A DNA stretch of 64,000 nt, taken from the NCBI GenBank assembly GCA_045118155.1, contig JBGUXS010000078.1:443-64442 (forward strand), written 5' to 3'. Positions 58,429 through 64,000 of this stretch are shown here, one piece after another; positions within the stretch are counted from its first letter, which is position 1; each line of letters starts with the position of its first letter. Source of the stretch: Alphaproteobacteria bacterium (GTDB taxonomy: Bacteria > Pseudomonadota > Alphaproteobacteria > CAAHEQ01 > UBA3637). The position numbers and the translations under genes are program-made. Below the pieces are notes generated by a model, which was not told the origin of the DNA, searched no databases, and saw only the letters and a program-made list of their open reading frames with translations.

Positions 58429-61400
58429 ATGATATCCCCCCCGTTTATTCATCTGCACGTTCATACCGCATATTCTTTGTTAGAAGGGGCCATCAAAGTA
58501 GAACATCTTGTTGAAAAAACCGTCCAAGATGGTTTGCCGGCTGTTGCGATGACGGACAAGGGCAATGTCTTTGGGGCGATGGCTCTGGCTCACAGTGCAA
58601 CCGATAGCGGGATTCAACCTATTTTGGGATGTGAATTACTCATTCGTTTAGACGACCCTACCCGTAAATTTGGAGAACCTCAATTTAAAAAACTTGTTGT
58701 GCTAGTCAAAAATGAAGAAGGCTATACCAGTATTCGCCATTTATTCAGAACCTATTACATGGGTCCTGGAAAAGAAGAAGTTCCCCATTTGACTCTAGAT
58801 GAATTTATATCTCAACCCCAGGGGCTTATCGTGCTTACTGGGGGACCGGATGGATTAATAAACACCTGCTTACTCAATAAATGGGATGAACAAGCTAAAT
58901 CTATCTTAAAAACACTTCAAAATGCTTTTCCTAACCGTCTTTATATTGAATTGCAACGTCATGGGACCGAAGAAGAAATTAAAACTGAACCCTTGCTTTT
59001 ACAATTAGCCCTAGATTTTAATTTACCGATTGTGGCAACAAATGAGCCTTTTTTTGAAGATGCGGCTATGTATGAAGCCCATGATGCTTACTTATGTATC
59101 GCCGATAAAACTTATGTTGTTGAACAAAACAGACGACGGGTAACTCCTGAACATTACTTAAAAACCGCCACCCAAATGACAGAACTTTTTTCGGATTTAC
59201 CAGAGGCATTAGAAAATACCGTTAAAATTGCTCAGCAATGTTATTTCATGGCAACAAAAAAGAAACCCGCCTTCCCAATTTTTGATTGTGGGGAATACAC
59301 CGAAGATGATTTATTAGATAAAAATGCCCACGAAGGGTTAAAATTACGGGTAGGGCACTTACCCCCTGAAGAACAAAAAGTTTATTTTGATCGCTTAGAA
59401 TATGAATTAGGCATTATTAAAAAAATGGGCTTTTCTGGTTATTTTTTAATCGTGGCTGATTTTATTAACTGGTCAAAGAACAATGGTGTTCCCGTAGGAC
59501 CAGGACGGGGATCTGGGGCTGGATCCGTTGTGGCATGGTCCATTAAAATTACAGGAATCAACCCTTTAAGATTTCATCTGCTATTTGAACGTTTTTTAAA
59601 CCCAGAACGGGTTTCTATGCCCGATTTTGATGTTGATTTTTGTCAGGAAAACCGTGAAAAAACAATTGAATACGTACAGAAAAAATACGGTTTTGATCAT
59701 GTGGCTCAGATCATCACTTTTGGTAAATTACAGGCCAAAGCCGTCATTCGTGATGTCGGCCGCGTTTTACAAGTTCCGCATCCCGTTGTGGATAGATTAG
59801 CTAAATTGGTTCCCAACACATTAAACATTACCTTAAAAGAAGCGTTAGAAGTAGAACCAGAATTGCAAAAGCAAGCTGACGCTGATGAAATGATTGCGCA
59901 TTTACTAAAGATTGCTTTGCAATTAGAAGGGCTTTATCGTAACACATCCACACATGCAGCTGGGGTTGTGATTGGGGATAAACCTTTGGAAGAAATTATC
60001 CCTATTTATAAGGACCCAAGTTCCGATATGCCCGTTACTCAGTATAATATGAAATACGTTGAAGATGCTAGCCTTATTAAATTTGACTTCTTAGGATTAA
60101 AAACACTGACAACTATTGCAAAAACAATGGGATTACTGGGGGACAAAGGCAATTTTAATATTCAAGACCTTCCCTTAGACGACCCCGAAACCTATAAATT
60201 ATTCAAGGCCGCTACAACGGTTGGTGTTTTCCAGTTAGAATCCGCAGGAATGCGCCAAATTTTACGGGATATGCAACCTGATACGATTGAAGATATTATT
60301 GCCCTAATTTCTTTATTCCGACCAGGGCCAATGGACAATATCCCCACCTATATTGCCCGTAAAAAAGGCCTGGAAGAACCTGATTATATGCATCCAATGT
60401 TGGAATCCATTTTAAAAGAAACCTATGGAATTATGGTGTATCAGGAACAAGTCATGCAGATTTCCCAAAAGATGGCTGGATACACTTTGGGGGGGGCCGA
60501 TTTACTACGCCGAGCCATGGGGAAAAAGAAAAAAGAAGAAATGGCAAAGCAACGAGATATTTTTATTGAAGGGGCTAAGAAAAACGGGGTTACCAAAGAA
60601 ACAGCAGAAACCGTTTTTGATAAAATGGCCAAATTTGCAGAATATGGTTTTAACAAATCTCACGCAGCGGCTTATGCCTATATTTCTTATCAAACGGCTT
60701 ATTTGAAAGCCCATTATCCGGCTGAATTCATGGCAGCCACCATGACTTTAGATAAAACAAACACGGATAAATTGGCGGTATTTAAAGCAGATATTACTAA
60801 ATTTGGGGTAGAGGTTGTCTCCCCAGATATTAATTTATCTGAAGTTGATTTTTCTGTGAAAGATGGAAAAATTATCTATGCCCTCTCTGCGATTAAAAAC
60901 GTCGGGGAAGCTGGGATGGCACAAATTGTAGAAGAACGTAAGAAAAATGGTCCTTTTAAATCTTTGCAAGATTTATTTTCTAGGGTAGATGCGTCTGCCT
61001 TCAATCGGCGCTATCTAGAACAAATGATTAAAGCCGGCGTATTTGATTCCTTACATAATAACAGGGCTCAGCTTTTTAACAATATTGATAAAATGTTAGC
61101 CTATGCCACAGGAACAACAGAACAACGCAATTCTAGTCAAATTAGTTTATTCGGGGAACAAACATTAGCGGAATTAAAGCTAGATCCTGCCACCTCATGG
61201 CCTATGTTAGAACAACTAGAGTATGAAAAAGAAGCGTTTGGTTTTTATCTTTCTCATCACCCTTTGGATATGTATGAAGGTGTTTTTGAACGTTTAAGAA
61301 TTGTCCCATCAACCGATATTGAATCAATGGTTCAAAATGTGGGGGCTATCTGCGTTAATGTAGCTGGAATTGTCGCTGGTTTTAGGGAACGTATAAATCA

Positions 61401-61833
61401 AAAAGGGAAAAAATTTGCTTTTGTTTCTTTAGCCGATAAAAGCGGACTATTAGATATTGGTTGTTTCGCAGAAAGTTATGAACTGTACAAAGATTTATTA
61501 AAATCTGGAAAACCCGTTTTACTAACAATAACCGCGGATTACAATAAAGAAGGGAACGCTATTCGTTCTTCTGTTCAAAAGGTAGAATATTTAGAAGATG
61601 CTGTTTCTAAAACACATTCTGTTCTACTTATTCATTTGAATCAATCACAGGCTTTACCGGAAATAAAAAAAGTACTTTCCACTTTGGCACCTGGAAACAA
61701 TGGGGTCTATTTTTTACTAGAAACACCTCTTGCCGATGTAGAAATCGGCCTTAAAGAAAAATACGCCATCCACACGGACACAATTGAAATTTTAAAGCGT
61801 ATTCCCGGGATTTCAGAAATTCAAGCCGTCTAA
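58429..61833 (+). CDS. dnaE: DNA polymerase III alpha subunit
   Basis: PHP domain FIHLHVHTAYSLLEGA, GPGRGSGAGSVVAW, PDFDVDF, and an OB fold at the C-terminus. Confidence 0.97.
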   Translation: MISPPFIHLHVHTAYSLLEGAIKVEHLVEKTVQDGLPAVAMTDKGNVFGAMALAHSATDSGIQPILGCELLIRLDDPTRKFGEPQFKKLVVLVKNEEGYTSIRHLFRTYYMGPGKEEVPHLTLDEFISQPQGLIVLTGGPDGLINTCLLNKWDEQAKSILKTLQNAFPNRLYIELQRHGTEEEIKTEPLLLQLALDFNLPIVATNEPFFEDAAMYEAHDAYLCIADKTYVVEQNRRRVTPEHYLKTATQMTELFSDLPEALENTVKIAQQCYFMATKKKPAFPIFDCGEYTEDDLLDKNAHEGLKLRVGHLPPEEQKVYFDRLEYELGIIKKMGFSGYFLIVADFINWSKNNGVPVGPGRGSGAGSVVAWSIKITGINPLRFHLLFERFLNPERVSMPDFDVDFCQENREKTIEYVQKKYGFDHVAQIITFGKLQAKAVIRDVGRVLQVPHPVVDRLAKLVPNTLNITLKEALEVEPELQKQADADEMIAHLLKIALQLEGLYRNTSTHAAGVVIGDKPLEEIIPIYKDPSSDMPVTQYNMKYVEDASLIKFDFLGLKTLTTIAKTMGLLGDKGNFNIQDLPLDDPETYKLFKAATTVGVFQLESAGMRQILRDMQPDTIEDIIALISLFRPGPMDNIPTYIARKKGLEEPDYMHPMLESILKETYGIMVYQEQVMQISQKMAGYTLGGADLLRRAMGKKKKEEMAKQRDIFIEGAKKNGVTKETAETVFDKMAKFAEYGFNKSHAAAYAYISYQTAYLKAHYPAEFMAATMTLDKTNTDKLAVFKADITKFGVEVVSPDINLSEVDFSVKDGKIIYALSAIKNVGEAGMAQIVEERKKNGPFKSLQDLFSRVDASAFNRRYLEQMIKAGVFDSLHNNRAQLFNNIDKMLAYATGTTEQRNSSQISLFGEQTLAELKLDPATSWPMLEQLEYEKEAFGFYLSHHPLDMYEGVFERLRIVPSTDIESMVQNVGAICVNVAGIVAGFRERINQKGKKFAFVSLADKSGLLDIGCFAESYELYKDLLKSGKPVLLTITADYNKEGNAIRSSVQKVEYLEDAVSKTHSVLLIHLNQSQALPEIKKVLSTLAPGNNGVYFLLETPLADVEIGLKEKYAIHTDTIEILKRIPGISEIQAV

Positions 61834-62048
61834 AATTTTTCAATATCTTCCGGCAAAATTGACATATTCCAATCATAGGAAATTTCCCCTTCGTCGTCAT
61901 TTTTATAAATGACCCCTAGGAATTCTTTTCCTACAAACACCTCACTGGGGGAATCTTTTCCTTCTCCTTCTGTAACACGAATTTCAGGATTCCAAAACAG
62001 TTGTTGCAAATACGTTTGGACTTTTTCCATTTCTTGTGCAGTCATCAT
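61830..62048 (-). CDS. DUF3126-family small protein
   Basis: KVQTYLQQLFWNPEIRV, SPSEVFVGKEFLGVIYKNDDEGEISYDWNMSIL. The start is taken at MMTAQE; the ORF is open to 62108. Confidence 0.7.
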   Translation of the reverse strand: MMTAQEMEKVQTYLQQLFWNPEIRVTEGEGKDSPSEVFVGKEFLGVIYKNDDEGEISYDWNMSILPEDIEKF

Positions 62049-62093
62049 GTTTTTTTCCTTTCTATTTAAGGGCATTTGTATCATAATAGAAGA

Positions 62094-63050
62094 ATGATAA
62101 AAAAGCAAGTTTTTCGTGATAAAAATCCAAATCTAATTTCCATTGCTCCAATGTTAGATTATACGGATACTTTTTTCCGCCTTTTTTTTAGGCATATTTG
62201 TGTTCATGCTATGCTTTATACAGAAATGCTTCCCATCGGGGCGGTTTTACATCAACCACAAACTTTTTTAAAAGCCCAACGCACCCCTGGCCCATTAACG
62301 GCACAACTAGGGGGAAATAATCCGGGGGAACTTGCAGAATGTGCCTACCGGCTAGAACAAGCGGGTTTTGATGGGGTCAATTTAAATGCAGGTTGTCCAT
62401 CTGAACGGGTACAAGCAGGGTCTTTTGGGGCATCGTTAATGAAAACCCCAGAAGTTATTGCTGATTGTTATCAAGCCATGGCGTCCAAAGTTAAGATCCC
62501 TGTATCTATTAAAACCCGTCTAGGATTCGTTGGGGAAGATTTAGCAGAAAAAACCCAAAATCTAACCAAAATTTTATATCAGGCAGGGTGTCGACACCTG
62601 ATTTTTCACGCTAGACCCGCCGCTTTAAACAAATCCCCGAAAGAAAATCGGCAAAATTTACCCTTGCATTATGAAATTGTGTATAAAATCAAGGCAAAAT
62701 ATCCAGATTTATCTATCACGTTAAACGGCTCTATTTTATCAGACGAGGCCATTCATACTCATTTACAGCATGTGGACGGCGTTATGATTGGCCGGTGGGC
62801 TTATGGGAATCCATATGCTTTAACAAGAATAGATAAGGATTATTTTGGGGATGATCATCCCATTTTAAAACGAACAGAAATTTTAGAAAAAATGATACCT
62901 ATTCTTGAAAAAGCCCCTGCTTTTTTAGAAGCCGCCAAAAGTATGATGGGATTGTTTCACGGGACACCATATGCAAAAAAATACAAAAATGTTCTCATGG
63001 CACGGGATTTAGGCCTTTTAAAAGAATGGCTTACCACCATAAAAGAATGA
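62094..63050 (+). CDS. dusA: tRNA-dihydrouridine synthase A
   Basis: ISIAPMLDYTD, VNLNAGCPS, VSIKTRLG, LIFHAR. The start is taken at MIKKQVF. Confidence 0.88.
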   Translation: MIKKQVFRDKNPNLISIAPMLDYTDTFFRLFFRHICVHAMLYTEMLPIGAVLHQPQTFLKAQRTPGPLTAQLGGNNPGELAECAYRLEQAGFDGVNLNAGCPSERVQAGSFGASLMKTPEVIADCYQAMASKVKIPVSIKTRLGFVGEDLAEKTQNLTKILYQAGCRHLIFHARPAALNKSPKENRQNLPLHYEIVYKIKAKYPDLSITLNGSILSDEAIHTHLQHVDGVMIGRWAYGNPYALTRIDKDYFGDDHPILKRTEILEKMIPILEKAPAFLEAAKSMMGLFHGTPYAKKYKNVLMARDLGLLKEWLTTIKE

Positions 63051-63131
63051 AACATCAACTTTCCGCGATTATAGGAAAAATATTGCGCAAAAAGGGGATA
63101 TCCTCGCATAAATCATCGCTCACCCTATCCA

Positions 63132-63320
63132 TAAAAAATGCCCTATTTTGGGGCTTTTCTAAGCTAAAGGTGGCTGGATTAGGGATCAACGAATGACGGA
63201 ACGGATAGTTGGTGAGAACAAGCTGCTAAGCACAGTTTGAACCTTACGACGTGAGGAGGACCCGTTTACGGGAGTACCCAACCGAATCCGTCCACTTACC
63301 ACTTAGCAACACCCCAATAT
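63132..63320 (-). ncRNA. Candidate ~190-nt structured small RNA, family unassigned (strand tentative)
   Basis: It lies in a 390-bp non-coding gap. On the minus strand a promoter (TTGTGA-16-TGtTATACG, 63328-63355) sits upstream. The terminator GCCCC-AAAAUA-GGGC-AUUUUUUAU lies at 63131-63154. Two long nested helices are visible. The outer one pairs GGGGUGUUGCUAAGUGG with CCACCUUUAGCUUAGAAAAGCCCC. The inner one pairs GACGGAUUCGGUUGG with CCAACUAUCCGUUCCGUC. An inner hairpin CCCG-UAAA-CGGG is also present. Several G-U pairs exist only in the minus-strand reading. Confidence 0.45.
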
Positions 63321-63388
63321 GCGGTCTTCGTATAACACAAATTTTATAAATCACAAGAAAAATATAAGAAGAATAGGCCATATTGCAC

Positions 63389-63416
63389 TTGACTTTTTAA
63401 AATGAAAATATACTCT
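63389..63416 (+). promoter_or_regulatory. Candidate promoter for orf121/sod (CTTGACTTTTTA -35 element, weak -10)
   Basis: TTGACT lies at 63389-63394. The best -10 options are TATACT (14-bp spacer, too short) or TACTCT (16-bp spacer). Confidence 0.35.
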
Positions 63417-63442
63417 GTTATCAAAGAACAAAGGACATTTAT

Positions 63443-63808
63443 ATGTCACAGGAACGCATACCCAAAGACAAGGTAGAAATTATTACCTTAAGGCGTTTCT
63501 CTCACAGATTATTTTGCTTACCTTACACCGAAAAACAAAAAATAAAAGAACAAGTTTTACACATGTCTTCGGCACTTAAACTGGCTCTACTCGCTAAAAA
63601 CTGTTTAACCTTAGAAAAAAATCTTAACCCCTTAGAAAGCTATACCATCACTCCAGAACAATTTAAAAAAAATTTTTATACGCCGGCGCGTCTACTGTTT
63701 GATCACCCTGAATATCAGGCCCTTTTTATTTCTTTTCTTTTTACAGATCATTTGGTCACTAAACAAAAAGCATTTCCTAAAAAAGAAAAACTGCTTTCTG
63801 CTTGCTAA
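63443..63808 (+). CDS. Hypothetical protein (121 aa)
   Basis: Intact ORF with no recognisable motifs. It follows the candidate promoter. Confidence 0.5.
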   Translation: MSQERIPKDKVEIITLRRFSHRLFCLPYTEKQKIKEQVLHMSSALKLALLAKNCLTLEKNLNPLESYTITPEQFKKNFYTPARLLFDHPEYQALFISFLFTDHLVTKQKAFPKKEKLLSAC

Positions 63809-63849
63809 ATAACAAAAATATTTTATTTTATAGTTAGGAGGATTTTTCT

Positions 63850-64000
63850 ATGATACAAATGCAACCACTTTCTTTTGAATTAAACGATTTGGAACCGATT
63901 ATTAGTGCCAAAACAATTGATTTTCATTACAATAAGCATTATGCCACCTATGTACAAACAGCGAATGATTTGTGTGCCAAGACACCCCTTGCTGACTTAC
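63850..64000 (+). CDS. Fe/Mn superoxide dismutase, 3' end cut by the window edge
   Basis: AGGAGG RBS. The translation MIQMQPLSFELNDLEPIISAKTIDFHYNKHYATYVQ matches the SOD N-terminal LPY..LEP.IS..T...HH.KHH..YV pattern. Confidence 0.88.
   Translation, partial: MIQMQPLSFELNDLEPIISAKTIDFHYNKHYATYVQTANDLCAKTPLADL

Noticed and set aside
63096-63103. GGATATCC palindrome shared with the 29906-29917 palindrome, as a possible common operator
   Set aside because: There are only two occurrences of an 8-mer in 64 kb, which is roughly what chance predicts. The flanks differ.
63051-63442. Two-piece alphaproteobacterial tmRNA, SRP (4.5S) RNA or RNase P RNA in the dusA-orf121 gap
   Set aside because: I found no tRNA-like T-arm with CCACCA end and no tag ORF ending in AA-stop. 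There is no GGAA-tetraloop/AGCAGC helix-8 arrangement. The GAGGAAAGUCC and ACAGAA RNase P signatures are absent on both strands.

Overview
This window looks like a low-GC alphaproteobacterial chromosome of the Rickettsiales/Holosporales endosymbiont type. That placement is inferred from gene content and gene order, not from any search. About 85% of it is tightly packed housekeeping sequence, and many gene junctions overlap as ATGA or TAATG. The core blocks are lgt, pgeF, rbfA, rpsI-rplM, pnp-rpsO-truB-sufE, birA, tRNA-Ser(GGA), an RND efflux operon (DMT-MFP-RND-OMF), rne and an AMIN-amidase gene. These are followed by rsmE, nrdD, radC, the envelope cluster lpxA-fabZ-lpxD-skp-bamA-rseP-cdsA, the elongasome operon mreBCD-mrdA-rodA, gatCAB, acpS-rpoZ-rpmG, dnaE, dusA and a superoxide dismutase gene cut by the window edge. 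I saw no CRISPR array, transposase, integrase or rRNA. Several non-core pieces sit among the core genes. (1) An orphan type IV secretion coupling-protein cassette runs orf380-virD4-orf180-orf152. The two short downstream genes read like a divergent HNH-like toxin or effector followed by a SUKH/SMI1-KNR4-type immunity protein, and orf180 is translationally coupled to virD4. (2) A separate virB3-virB4 pair lies 48 kb away with no other vir genes nearby. (3) A 603-aa protein with a prepilin/TadE-like N-terminus is driven by a perfect consensus promoter and followed by a beta-barrel outer membrane protein. (4) Two tandem paralogs have degenerate GGDEF-like plus EAL-like architecture. They diverge from a gene for a single polypeptide that fuses an RsbW-like kinase, a receiver domain and a PP2C phosphatase. 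(5) The class III ribonucleotide reductase is split by an ATGA junction into a 689-aa body and a 62-aa glycyl-radical peptide, and no nrdG is adjacent. (6) A roughly 190-nt structured RNA of unassigned family has its own promoter and terminator. (7) An extended -35 motif, CTTGACTTT(T/C), recurs 16-17 bp upstream of good -10 boxes. All functional calls come from reading the translated ORFs and motifs by eye. No database search was run, and start codons are best guesses.
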